Shown here one piece after another: positions 21,061 to 30,528 of a stretch of DNA of 64,000 bases; the first letter of the stretch is position 1, and each line of letters begins with the position of its first letter. The stretch is from an uncultured Gammaproteobacteria bacterium (lineage in GTDB: Bacteria; Pseudomonadota; Gammaproteobacteria; Steroidobacterales; UBA11654): the NCBI GenBank assembly GCA_902595845.1, contig CACJRN010000001.1:134326-198325 (forward strand). The letters run 5' to 3'. A program made the translations under genes and the position numbers. The notes under the pieces were generated by a model. That model saw only the letters and a list, made by a program, of their open reading frames with translations, ran no database searches and was not told where the DNA came from.

Positions 21061-22316
21061 TCAATCAGATAATTAGCAAGTCGACAAAAATTAAACCAGA
21101 TGAGTTTCGAGCAGTCATACTCTCATTTGCTTTTATTTTTTCGATTCTGGCTGCTTACTACATCATCCGAGCGGTTCGAGATGGACTCTCCAGTAATTGG
21201 TCTGATGCTGAGCTCAGTACTGTCTGGACCATGACATTTTTTATCAGTTTTTTGGTGGTGTCTTTTTACAGCTACATTTGCTCTAAAGTGAACTTTAAAT
21301 ATTTGGTTCCAGGCATTTATGGATTCTTTTCGCTTACCTTCTTCTGTGCTTATGCACTTTTGAAAATCAATCCTGAAACAGAGCTTGTTCGTAAAGCGTT
21401 CTATATTTGGGTCAGTGTTTTCAGCTTATTGAATATATCTGTATTTTGGAGCTTTATGGCCGATATTTTCAATAAGGAGCAAGCGAAGAGACTCTTTGGA
21501 TTCATTGCAGCAGGAAGCAGTTTGGGGGCAATCATTGGGCCAACAATCACCTTAATTTTTGCAGAAAGATTGGGATCAGAGACTTTGATACTGGTTTCAT
21601 CCACTATGCTTTTCATTCCACTTACAATTGCTGTATTGCTTGGTAAAGCCACAGATTCAGATGGGCACAATCAGCAAAACAATGAACGTGCAATGGGTGG
21701 AAATTTTTGGGATGGTTTCTTAGAGTTTCTAAAGCCACCCATCTTAAAGAATCTTTTGTTTGGTATTGGTATGTTCATTGTCATCTATACAGGCATGAGT
21801 ACCTTTGTTTATTTTGCCATCAAAAATATCCTTACAGATATCGATCAAGACACCAGAACACAGATATGGGCTGGTATCGATTTGGCAGTGAATATACTAG
21901 CTGTCTTTACAGCAATGTTTGGAACTGCAAGGCTTACCAAAAAGTTTGGACTGAAAGTAACATTGCCACTGGTGCCAATGATTATTGTCTTTGGAATGCT
22001 CATATTGGCAATCTCGCCGATCCTTTGGGTGGTTGTCGGATTGCAAGTTGTGAGGAGAGCAGGGGAGTATGCGATCACAAAGCCAGCAAGAGAAATGTTG
22101 TTTACAACATTAGATAGAGATGTTCGATTCAAAGGGAAAAGCGTCATCGATGTCGTTGTATATAGGGCTGGGGATATCATGTGGGCCTGGCTTTTTACTG
22201 GTCTTACACAAGTACTTGGTTTGACACTTGGAGGTGTTGCAGCTGTTGGAAGTGCTGTGGCAATCGTTTGGTCTTACCTCGGATTTCGTTTAGGTAAAAA
22301 CTTTGACACCGAATAA
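21057..22316 (+). CDS. Polytopic permease resembling the TLC/AAA (ATP:ADP antiporter-like) branch of MFS transporters
   Basis: 419 aa with about 11-12 TM helices. The N-terminus IKPDEFRAVILSFAFIFSILAAYYIIRAVRDGL follows the pattern of the Tlc/Npt N-terminus (E-x-K/R-K-F-x...F-x-Y-x-x-L-R-x-x-K-D). ATGA overlap with pgk. Family assignment is by eye only. Confidence 0.45.
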   Translation: MINQIISKSTKIKPDEFRAVILSFAFIFSILAAYYIIRAVRDGLSSNWSDAELSTVWTMTFFISFLVVSFYSYICSKVNFKYLVPGIYGFFSLTFFCAYALLKINPETELVRKAFYIWVSVFSLLNISVFWSFMADIFNKEQAKRLFGFIAAGSSLGAIIGPTITLIFAERLGSETLILVSSTMLFIPLTIAVLLGKATDSDGHNQQNNERAMGGNFWDGFLEFLKPPILKNLLFGIGMFIVIYTGMSTFVYFAIKNILTDIDQDTRTQIWAGIDLAVNILAVFTAMFGTARLTKKFGLKVTLPLVPMIIVFGMLILAISPILWVVVGLQVVRRAGEYAITKPAREMLFTTLDRDVRFKGKSVIDVVVYRAGDIMWAWLFTGLTQVLGLTLGGVAAVGSAVAIVWSYLGFRLGKNFDTE

Positions 22317-22430
22317 ATTAATCATACTTTTAGGCCTCGGAATGATGCTTGCCATTATTGGGATGCTGATTTATGGACTTCTCAGTCACTGATTTATATC
22401 GAAAAAAATAAATTATACTAGGTTTTTTAA

Positions 22431-23489
22431 CTAGTCTTTTTCAATCGGTATTTCTTGCTTTTCCTCAGGAGCTTCTATTTTTCTAGTACTATCAGCAATA
22501 CCCATCTCTTCAATTTTTCTGACAGATGGCATTAAGCGACTTTCCCAGGATCTCACACCGTCATTATAGGATTTGATTGCTCTTCCTAAATCAGTTCCAA
22601 TTTTTGAAAAGAAGTCATCATTGAATTTTTTCAATCTTGCATGCACCTCTGAAGCTTGCTGTTTTATATTCTCTGCATTCTCATAAACTTCCTGCTGTTG
22701 CCATGTAAGCATGATTGTTTTTAATGCTGCATAAACAAGCGAAGGAGGGCAAATCATGACTCTATGTTTTGCAGCTTGCTCAACAAGATCAGGTATCTGC
22801 TCTATAGCAGACATATAAATTGAAACATTGGGCATATACATAATTACAAAGTCAGGTGTTTTCTTGCCAATCGCACCTGAGTAGTCTTTTTTCCCTAACT
22901 TTTTTGCATGATCGAGAACATTCTTAGCATGATCTTTAAGCTTTGATTTCTTTAGGTTTTCATCTTCTATTTCGATTGCTTCTTTATAGAGCTTCATCGG
23001 CGCTTTTGAGTCAATAATGATTGTGCCCTGATCTGGTGTATTCACATATACATCCGGCCTGTAATCACCCTGATCCGTTTTTTCTGATTGTTGCTCACTA
23101 AAGTTTACTCCTTTTACAAATCCAGCTGTTTCAAGCATGACTTTCAATGACTCTTCTGCAAGCGCACCTTGCTGCCCAGGGTTTGACAGTGCCTCTGCCC
23201 ACTGCGTATGAGATTTTGTTAGATCCCCGACTTCTTGAGCAAGGTTCTTAGTGTTTGCATCCCAAGTTGAAGAGGCTTTTATGATTGCGGTATTGAGTGC
23301 TTCTAGCCTCTTGGAAAGATCATCTTCGTTTTGTTTATTGTCATCAGAAATTTGATTTTGAATTTCTGATAATTCATCTCTCGCTGTTTCTCTAAAAATT
23401 GATTTCAGGAATCCTGGCAATAACTTGAAAGTGATGCCACCACCAATAATGGCTCCAACAATAAAGGCAAGAATGAGTTCTAGATTCAT
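22431..23489 (-). CDS. rmuC: DNA recombination protein RmuC
   Basis: 352 aa. N-terminal TM helix, long coiled-coil, then a RmuC nuclease-like core (YRPDVYVNTPDQGTIIIDSKAP, PDFVIMYMP). Confidence 0.82.
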   Translation of the reverse strand: MNLELILAFIVGAIIGGGITFKLLPGFLKSIFRETARDELSEIQNQISDDNKQNEDDLSKRLEALNTAIIKASSTWDANTKNLAQEVGDLTKSHTQWAEALSNPGQQGALAEESLKVMLETAGFVKGVNFSEQQSEKTDQGDYRPDVYVNTPDQGTIIIDSKAPMKLYKEAIEIEDENLKKSKLKDHAKNVLDHAKKLGKKDYSGAIGKKTPDFVIMYMPNVSIYMSAIEQIPDLVEQAAKHRVMICPPSLVYAALKTIMLTWQQQEVYENAENIKQQASEVHARLKKFNDDFFSKIGTDLGRAIKSYNDGVRSWESRLMPSVRKIEEMGIADSTRKIEAPEEKQEIPIEKD

Positions 23490-23516
23490 TGATTTATCTT
23501 ATCACTAATCAAATCA

Positions 23517-24608
23517 TTAGACGGATAAGATAAGCCCTCTATTGGGTGGTGTGTTTCCTTGCACTGTATCTTTGAAAGCCTCTTTGATTTCAATCATGCC
23601 TGAGCCTCGATTGACATTCAGCCATTGGTCACTGTGTACCTGAAAATCATTCAAACTCATGCCAATTCTTTTTTGTACCTCACCAGCGCCCCATTCTTCA
23701 GTTCTCTTCTGTGCTTGAGTTGGAGCAAAGAAAAAAGTGGGTTTTGCTCCTGGAAATTGACTCATATCGCCTTCGAGGTTATCTAGATGTGTCGCTCCAA
23801 CCTTGCATGAATATTTCACATGATCACCAAAGTGTTCGTGCAGATCCTTCATCGCATCATAATGACCGGCCATGTCCACAATCATGATCTTTTGAGCATT
23901 ATTCATGGTCTTAACTTCATCGTAAGTTAAGACCTCATCATAGCAATCCAAACTATTGGTGAAGGATCGATTTTTTTCAGATGTGATTCCAATTGTTTTC
24001 TTAAGCCCTCTTTGTTTTGCCACAAAAGCAAGTGCAATGCTTGTCTTTGATGAAGCACAAGTGATGACGTATGCATCGGCACCAAAATGATCATTATCAA
24101 ACATGAAATCATCCACCAACCATGAGGTAAGAAATAGGCCCCTTAATAAAAGATCCTGATCCTCTCTCTCTTCATCATAGAGCGGGTTAAATCGAACATC
24201 ATCGAACCTTGAATAAATCGGTGCCAGTTTTTCTCGATGTTCACTTACATCACTGAAACCACTTTTGGTGATTTTACCTGCCTTGGCAATGAGATGAGTC
24301 GACATGGGATAAAAGCCCCAGTATCGGTTTCCAATTTCAATTTCAGGATGATTGGATTGAATGACATTGGCATAGCCCATAGCCGGGATTCTGCCGTACC
24401 CATCTGTGGCTGGAAAAAACTGCCAATAGCCCAACATGTCCCCTGATGCGGCATAAGAAATATTATTCGAAGTCAGTGCAAATCGATCGACTTCAAAGAG
24501 CACTTCATTTTCATTGAGATCGCCATTGAATGATGAAGTATGGACTCGAGTATTGAGCCAATTGGCTTTCTCGACCTCAAACGTTTTAATATCGATTGAG
24601 TTACTCAA
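23517..24608 (-). CDS. Conserved hypothetical protein, probably DUF2855 family
   Basis: 363 aa. The segment FALTSNNISYAASGDMLGYWQFFPA matches my recollection of the DUF2855 signature, but I could not verify it. Confidence 0.45.
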   Translation of the reverse strand: MSNSIDIKTFEVEKANWLNTRVHTSSFNGDLNENEVLFEVDRFALTSNNISYAASGDMLGYWQFFPATDGYGRIPAMGYANVIQSNHPEIEIGNRYWGFYPMSTHLIAKAGKITKSGFSDVSEHREKLAPIYSRFDDVRFNPLYDEEREDQDLLLRGLFLTSWLVDDFMFDNDHFGADAYVITCASSKTSIALAFVAKQRGLKKTIGITSEKNRSFTNSLDCYDEVLTYDEVKTMNNAQKIMIVDMAGHYDAMKDLHEHFGDHVKYSCKVGATHLDNLEGDMSQFPGAKPTFFFAPTQAQKRTEEWGAGEVQKRIGMSLNDFQVHSDQWLNVNRGSGMIEIKEAFKDTVQGNTPPNRGLILSV

Positions 24609-25482
24609 TATCTAGACCATAGATGCGAATGGCATTGTCTCGCATGAGTTTTCTTCTGACTTCTGGTTTGAAACCAATCTCATTAATATCATCGGTTGTT
24701 TTCTTGAAATCAAGGACTGGAAAGTCTGTGCCAAAGATGACTTTGTCTTGACCATAACTGTTGACATAATGCGTGAAACTTTTCGGCCAATATTTGGGTC
24801 GATGGGCATCGCATCCAATGTAAATGTTTTCATGCTTCCAAGCCATTGAGATCATCTCGTCATGCCACGGAATTCCAACATGAATTCCAATGAGCTTCAA
24901 TTCCGGCAAATCGCAAGCGACTGCATCGAGTGTGATGGGCTGCCCAACACTTCTTGTGCGATATTCTTTTGAGTACACCATCGACTGACCCACTTGCATT
25001 TGAATGGGGACATCGAGCTCACAACATTTTGCATAAAAAGGATAGTACTTAGCATGATCCGGTGCCAACTCATACCAGTGCGGATATAGATGAGCACCGA
25101 TGAAGCCCATGTTTTGAACTGCATCTTCAAAGGCCCTTACACCTTCCATGCCATCAAATGGATCAATTCCAGCAAGCCCATAAAAACGATCTGGATATTC
25201 CTCACACGCCCTTGCAACAATTTCATAAGGCATGTGATAACAACCCGGCATGCCGACTCTTCCTGCATGAGCAGCAATCAGAAATGCTTTATCAATGCCT
25301 GCTGTTTCCATCCGCTCAAGCATTTCATCTAAGGATAATCCAGTCATGAGGGAGTCCTTTGCATTCATTTTTCCAACAAAGAAATCATCACCCCAATCGG
25401 GTCTTTGTGAGAGGGCTTCTCTCGTCCAAATATTCACCACCGCATCGATGGCTTTGTAATCATAATTATTTTCTTCATTCAT
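24601..25482 (-). CDS. Amidohydrolase-2 (ACMSD/metal-dependent hydrolase-decarboxylase) family protein
   Basis: 293 aa TIM-barrel hydrolase pattern: DAVVNIW, IGAHLYPHW, IHVGIPW, FGTDFP. Overlaps the downstream gene by 8 nt. Confidence 0.7.
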   Translation of the reverse strand: MNEENNYDYKAIDAVVNIWTREALSQRPDWGDDFFVGKMNAKDSLMTGLSLDEMLERMETAGIDKAFLIAAHAGRVGMPGCYHMPYEIVARACEEYPDRFYGLAGIDPFDGMEGVRAFEDAVQNMGFIGAHLYPHWYELAPDHAKYYPFYAKCCELDVPIQMQVGQSMVYSKEYRTRSVGQPITLDAVACDLPELKLIGIHVGIPWHDEMISMAWKHENIYIGCDAHRPKYWPKSFTHYVNSYGQDKVIFGTDFPVLDFKKTTDDINEIGFKPEVRRKLMRDNAIRIYGLDIE

Positions 25483-25523
25483 GCTGAGAACGATAGCAAA
25501 TCTTGAGCCAATATACTATGATA

Positions 25524-25607
25524 GCGACACGTGCAAGGGGTGGCTTTTGCCTGAGACTTTAGGGAACCCTTTGAACCTGAACCATATAATAATGGCGGAG
25601 GAATCGC
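25524..25607 (+). promoter_or_regulatory. TPP (THI-box) riboswitch
   Basis: P1 is GCGA...TCGC. Conserved blocks are AGGGGTGGC, CTGAGA and ACCCTTTGAACCTGAACCATATAATAATGGCGGAGGA (compare E. coli CUGAGA...ACCUGAUCUGGAUAAUGCCAGCGUAGGGAA). It sits 84 nt upstream of the TonB receptor start. Confidence 0.87.
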
Positions 25608-25690
25608 ATAATCCAAATTATAAAAATAATGGGTGATGGACTTGGTTATTTGGAGCCGGTCCTGTTCCAGTTCAATGGCGGAGGTGTACC

Positions 25691-27829
25691 ATGCAAAACA
25701 TAACTTTATCCAATTATATTAACTCCTTTACTAGGGCTTTGAGTCTCGGTTTGCTATCGATGACCATGGTTCCGCTGCAAATTGATGCAGCAGAGATCGA
25801 AGAGATCATAGTCAAGGCAAGCTATCGAGAGATCGCTTTAGAGAAAAATGACGGCAGTTTATTGGTTCTCAATGAGGATCAACTCAAAGCAGAGCCAATC
25901 AAGCATTTAGAGCAACTCTCATTTTTGGTACCAAATCTCAATTTTGCATTGAGTGATGGGCGTCCAAGGTATTTTCAAATCAGAGGGATTGGTGAACAAT
26001 CAGGCTATGAGGGCACACCAAATTCATCAGTGGGACTTATGATTGATGACATTGATTTTTCTGGTCAAGGCGGCATTTCCAGCAGCTTTGATATGGAGCA
26101 AGTTGAGGTGCATCGAGGGCCACAAGGTTCTCGTATGGGTGCCAATGCGCTTGCAGGTATGATCTATATGCGATCAAAAGAGCCAACCGAGATTTTCTCT
26201 GGATTGTCTGAGGTGACTCTGGGTTCAGACGGAGTGAAATCCGTTGGATTGGCCTTCGGTGGACCTTTTCAAGAAAATCCAGACACAAAATACCGTTTTT
26301 CGATCAGGCAAGATCAAAACGATGGCTTCAGAAAAAATTCTTATCTCAATCGAGACGACACAACGGGTAAGGATGAGTTGACTGCTCGACTCAAATTGAG
26401 CCATCAGCTGAATGAAGATACGGATATCAATCTACTCATACAAAAGTCTGATTTTGAAGCCATGTCTGATTCTTGGACAACCGATGGCAGTCTCAACACA
26501 CTCTCAGATAAACCAGGATTTGATTCTCAAGATTCCAGTGCCTATGGAATTAAAATCAATCATGATGCCAAAGCATTTTCCTTTCAGAGTCTAACGAGTG
26601 GAACGAATTCTGACATCATTGTGAGCTACGATGCCGACTGGAGTAATCCAGTAGATAATGCGCCTTATACATATGATTTTTATTCTGAAACCTTGCGCTC
26701 AAGAAGATCATTCAATCAAGAATTTAGATTACTCTCTGATCCCATCAGTTATGAATCAGGACAAACATTTGCATGGGTTGTAGGAGCGTATTACCTAGAT
26801 TTGAGTGAGCAAAATGACATCACGGATCTGGGAACCTATATCAACCCATTCAGTTCATGGCCGCCTTACATCAAGAATGTGACTGGATCAAGAGATTATG
26901 ATTCTGAAAATACAGCAATATTTGGAACATTTGACTACCTTCTCTCAGAGACTTTGACGTTGAGTTTTGGCATGCGATGGGAAGATTGGGAAGCCCACTA
27001 TAAAGATACTTTTGGTGAGCAATTCAACCCCAGTGATCAAATGATAGGCGGTAAATTATCCTTGGTTAGTGAATGGAGCGATGATGTCAACATCTATGCC
27101 AGTATCGGCAGAGGTTATAAGGCAGGTGGATTCAATCTTGGTACAGGTTTTTCAAATGATCAATATGCTGATACTTTGATTTATGATCCTGAGTATTTAT
27201 GGAATTATGAGTTGGGTATCAATAAACAATTTGGAGCTTCGAATACCAATCTTGATGCAGTGATCTTTTATTCAGATCGAAAAGATCAGCAAGTGATGGC
27301 TTCAACCCAAGTGGATGCAAATGACCCGAATACTTTCACATTTCTAACCCAGAATGCAGCGAGTGGAAAAAATTATGGGTTGGAATTATCAATCAAATCC
27401 AATCCAACCGATTCTCTCAGCTTATTTGCCTCCATTGGCCTTTTAAAAACGGAAGTCAACTATTTAGATGCCGCCAATGAGCAAAATGGAAGAGCGCAAG
27501 CACATGCGCCCGAGCGATCATTTGCAATTGGCATGAGATGGTTCCCAGCAGAGTCGATTTATTTTGGCATGGATGTGAATGGCAAGAGTGATTTTTATTA
27601 TTCAGATTCTCATGACAATAAATCATCATCCTATACCCTTGCCAACCTGGTGATTGGTTATGAAAAAGATCAATGGAACTACGAATTCTGGGTAAGAAAT
27701 CTTTTTGATGAGTATTATTCATTAAGAGGTTTTTATTTTGGTAATGTTCCACCCAGTTTTCCAAGAACGCTTTTTGAAAGACAAGGCGACCTGAGACACA
27801 TGGGTATTTTAGTTAGATATCAATTTTAG
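25691..27829 (+). CDS. TonB-dependent outer membrane receptor (riboswitch context suggests thiamine or a thiamine precursor)
   Basis: 712 aa. Signal peptide, TonB-box-like EEIIVKA, plug domain (VEVHRGPQGSRMGANALAGMI) and the C-terminal barrel ending in RYQF. Confidence 0.9.
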   Translation: MQNITLSNYINSFTRALSLGLLSMTMVPLQIDAAEIEEIIVKASYREIALEKNDGSLLVLNEDQLKAEPIKHLEQLSFLVPNLNFALSDGRPRYFQIRGIGEQSGYEGTPNSSVGLMIDDIDFSGQGGISSSFDMEQVEVHRGPQGSRMGANALAGMIYMRSKEPTEIFSGLSEVTLGSDGVKSVGLAFGGPFQENPDTKYRFSIRQDQNDGFRKNSYLNRDDTTGKDELTARLKLSHQLNEDTDINLLIQKSDFEAMSDSWTTDGSLNTLSDKPGFDSQDSSAYGIKINHDAKAFSFQSLTSGTNSDIIVSYDADWSNPVDNAPYTYDFYSETLRSRRSFNQEFRLLSDPISYESGQTFAWVVGAYYLDLSEQNDITDLGTYINPFSSWPPYIKNVTGSRDYDSENTAIFGTFDYLLSETLTLSFGMRWEDWEAHYKDTFGEQFNPSDQMIGGKLSLVSEWSDDVNIYASIGRGYKAGGFNLGTGFSNDQYADTLIYDPEYLWNYELGINKQFGASNTNLDAVIFYSDRKDQQVMASTQVDANDPNTFTFLTQNAASGKNYGLELSIKSNPTDSLSLFASIGLLKTEVNYLDAANEQNGRAQAHAPERSFAIGMRWFPAESIYFGMDVNGKSDFYYSDSHDNKSSSYTLANLVIGYEKDQWNYEFWVRNLFDEYYSLRGFYFGNVPPSFPRTLFERQGDLRHMGILVRYQF

Positions 27830-27835
27830 TTTTTT

Positions 27836-28396
27836 ATGATGAGCCCAATAGAGATAATTGCTGTTTTCACAGCAATTCTCTATTTGGTTCTGGCTGTTCG
27901 TCAAAATATCCTTTGTTGGTCGGCATGGATCATCAGTTCCTGTCTCTATTTCTTCATCATGTTCCAGGCGAATCTCTATATGGAATCGCTGCTTCAAATT
28001 TTTTATGTCGTTATGGGTATATACGGCTGGTTGCAATGGAAAAAAGGAGATTCAGAGAAGGCGTTTGAAGTCAATACAATGTCCATTAATGATCACATCA
28101 AGATCATCAGCATTATTTTGTTTTTGAGTATCCTCTTTGGATCCATTTTGGGTCAATTCACAGATGCTGTTCTGCCGTTCTGGGATTCTCTGACAACCTG
28201 GGGTGCGGTATTGACCACATACTTGGTTGCAAAGAAATTCTTAGAAAATTGGATCTATTGGTTTGTGATTGATTTCATTTCAGTGTTTCTTTTTATCTCT
28301 CGAGATTTATATCTAACAGCAGGTTTATTTTTTGTTTATCTGATCATCATCTTCTTTGGCTATCGGTCTTGGAAATCTGAGATGGAGGCTTCATGA
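27836..28396 (+). CDS. pnuT: PnuC-family vitamin permease, probably thiamine-specific (PnuT-like)
   Basis: 186 aa with 7 short TM helices and the Trp-rich PnuC pattern (NILCWSAWIISS, VVMGIYGWLQW, ENWIYWFVID). Lies in the TPP-riboswitch operon. Confidence 0.72.
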   Translation: MMSPIEIIAVFTAILYLVLAVRQNILCWSAWIISSCLYFFIMFQANLYMESLLQIFYVVMGIYGWLQWKKGDSEKAFEVNTMSINDHIKIISIILFLSILFGSILGQFTDAVLPFWDSLTTWGAVLTTYLVAKKFLENWIYWFVIDFISVFLFISRDLYLTAGLFFVYLIIIFFGYRSWKSEMEAS

Positions 28397-29205
28397 ATCT
28401 CAATGAATCTATGCTAAAAATTGATGGTCTAGACTCACTCTCTTTAATTAAAAGTGGCGCCTACAAAGATACATATCATTGCATGTACAAAGAAAAAAAT
28501 GCGATCTTGGGTCATTACAAGATTCAAGAGAATCATTTCAATCTGAACCCCCAAAGAGAAGCCAATATTTTGATCAAGATCAATGATTTACAACTCGCCC
28601 CTGAGACACTATTTTTTGATAAAAATACATCGATCATCATCACAAGCAAGATTGAAGGAGAGCATTTCTCACATTCAAAACAAAGAAAGCGCTTAATTTC
28701 TAGAATTGCCAAGGGCCTTTTTTCACTTCATTCCAATGACTTTATTGGCATCACTCATACCTTCCGTGATTCATTGATTGCCTATAATGAGCATCTCGCA
28801 GGCAAAGAAGAGGAAAATATATTTATTCAAACAATTGAATTATATGATTCTCTCAGTAATGTTTATGATGGATATTGCCTTTGTCATAATGATCTACATC
28901 CTGAAAATGTTCTTTTTAATAATCGAATACAATTTATTGATTGGGAGTATGCATCATTGAACTTGCCTTATTTTGATCTTGCTTATGCAATTGAGCATTT
29001 TCAAATGAATAAGAGTGAAATTGGTTATTTCATTTCAGAATACAGTGAATCAATTCAAGATATTGACCTTGATACCATTAATAAATATAGAAAACTTTCA
29101 AAATATGTCACTTTGATTTGGCTTTTGATTCTAGATAAATACTATACAATGAGTTCTTCAGAAACCGAGTTAATGGCTTCGCTTAAAATAAAATTAAACG
29201 TATAA
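28393..29205 (+). CDS. Choline/ethanolamine-kinase-fold phosphotransferase, ThiK-like (putative thiamine kinase)
   Basis: 270 aa. Brenner motif LCHNDLHPENVLF and the IDWEYA motif. Size and fold family match E. coli ThiK. 4-nt overlap with the pnuT-like gene. Confidence 0.55.
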   Translation: MNLNESMLKIDGLDSLSLIKSGAYKDTYHCMYKEKNAILGHYKIQENHFNLNPQREANILIKINDLQLAPETLFFDKNTSIIITSKIEGEHFSHSKQRKRLISRIAKGLFSLHSNDFIGITHTFRDSLIAYNEHLAGKEEENIFIQTIELYDSLSNVYDGYCLCHNDLHPENVLFNNRIQFIDWEYASLNLPYFDLAYAIEHFQMNKSEIGYFISEYSESIQDIDLDTINKYRKLSKYVTLIWLLILDKYYTMSSSETELMASLKIKLNV

Positions 29206-29210
29206 GAATT

Positions 29211-30515
29211 ATGGCAAAAGTAAAAACATTTGAATTTGACACACTTTCCAATCATGCAGGCCAGAGACCAGATAAAGAAACTGGTTCTCGTGCCGTTCCC
29301 ATTTATCAAACGGCTTCCTATGTATTCAGGGATTCTGATGCAGGCGCTGCGATGTTTAATATTGAAAGAGGGGGTCATGTCTATTCTCGAATCTCCAACC
29401 CAACAACTGCAGTCTTAGAAGAAAGAATATCAGCACTTGAGGGTGGGGTTGGAGCAGTTGCAACTTCAAGCGGCCAAGCAGCCGTTTACAACGCAATTGC
29501 GACACTGGTCGATCAGGGCGGACATATTGTTGCATCTTATGCATTGTATGGTGGAACACATAACCTATTGGAATACACACTACCTCGATTTGGAATCACT
29601 ACTACTTTTGTGGACCCAAATGATATAGAAGGCTTTAAGAAAGCCATAAAACCAGAAACGAGGCTTATTTTTGGCGAGACAGTCGCCAATCCAAAAACTG
29701 AGGTTTTCAACATACCCGAGGTATCTAAGATTGCCCATGATCATGAAATTCCTCTCGTGATTGACTCAACGACCACCACACCTTATTTAATTAGACCATT
29801 TGATCTAGGTGCTGATATTGTTGTTCACTCAGCGACAAAATTCCTCAGCGGCCATGGAACAACGATGGCAGGTTTAATAGTCGATGGTGGAACATTCGAC
29901 TGGGAGGCAACCGATAAGTTTCCTCAAATGACTGATAAGTATGAGGGCTTCCATAATTTATCTTTCACCGAAGAATTTGGACCCGCAGCATTTATTTCGC
30001 GTGTGAGAAATGAAGCAGCAAGGGACTTTGGTTCATGTTTGGCTCCTCATTCTGCATTCTTGGTTCTTAATGGCACTGAGACACTTTCAGTGAGAATGGA
30101 TAAACACATCAGCAACACCAATAAAGTTGTAGAATATCTTGATCAGCACGATATGGTCGAATGGGTCAGCCACCCAAATTTAGCCAATCATCCGAATCAC
30201 GAACTAGCAAAAGAGCTCTTGCCAAAGGGTTCAACAGCAGTCTTTAGTTTTGGAATAAAAGGTGGACGCGAAATTGGACAGGTGTTTATAGATCGATTGG
30301 ATCTGTTTTCAAACTTGGCAAATATAGGTGATGCAAAATCACTGGTTATTCATCCAGCAAGTACGACACATCAAAGGATGTCAGTTGAAGCACTCGAAGA
30401 AGCAGGCATATCTGAGGGTTTAATTAGATTGTCAATCGGTATTGAATCTGTTGATGATCTCATCGAGGATCTTGAAAAAGGTTTTAGGACAGCGTCTAAA
30501 GCGCTTAAGAAGTAA
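29211..30515 (+). CDS. metY: O-acetylhomoserine sulfhydrylase (aminocarboxypropyltransferase)
   Basis: 434 aa. TGSRAVPIYQTASYVF, RISNPT and the PLP-lysine region HSATKFLSGHG. Confidence 0.9.
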   Translation: MAKVKTFEFDTLSNHAGQRPDKETGSRAVPIYQTASYVFRDSDAGAAMFNIERGGHVYSRISNPTTAVLEERISALEGGVGAVATSSGQAAVYNAIATLVDQGGHIVASYALYGGTHNLLEYTLPRFGITTTFVDPNDIEGFKKAIKPETRLIFGETVANPKTEVFNIPEVSKIAHDHEIPLVIDSTTTTPYLIRPFDLGADIVVHSATKFLSGHGTTMAGLIVDGGTFDWEATDKFPQMTDKYEGFHNLSFTEEFGPAAFISRVRNEAARDFGSCLAPHSAFLVLNGTETLSVRMDKHISNTNKVVEYLDQHDMVEWVSHPNLANHPNHELAKELLPKGSTAVFSFGIKGGREIGQVFIDRLDLFSNLANIGDAKSLVIHPASTTHQRMSVEALEEAGISEGLIRLSIGIESVDDLIEDLEKGFRTASKALKK

Positions 30516-30528
30516 TAGAGAGAGACAT

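Noticed and set aside
22342-22392. A 16-codon hydrophobic mini-ORF (MMLAIIGMLIYGLLSH) in the convergent spacer between the TLC-like permease and rmuC.
   Set aside because: It is too short to support without conservation or expression data, and it has no clear ribosome-binding site.
27809-28127. Overlapping ORFs (75 aa on the minus strand, 89 aa on the plus strand) at the receptor/pnuT junction.
   Set aside because: They are alternative frames of the well-supported PnuC-family gene and the receptor 3' end, and they have no independent support.
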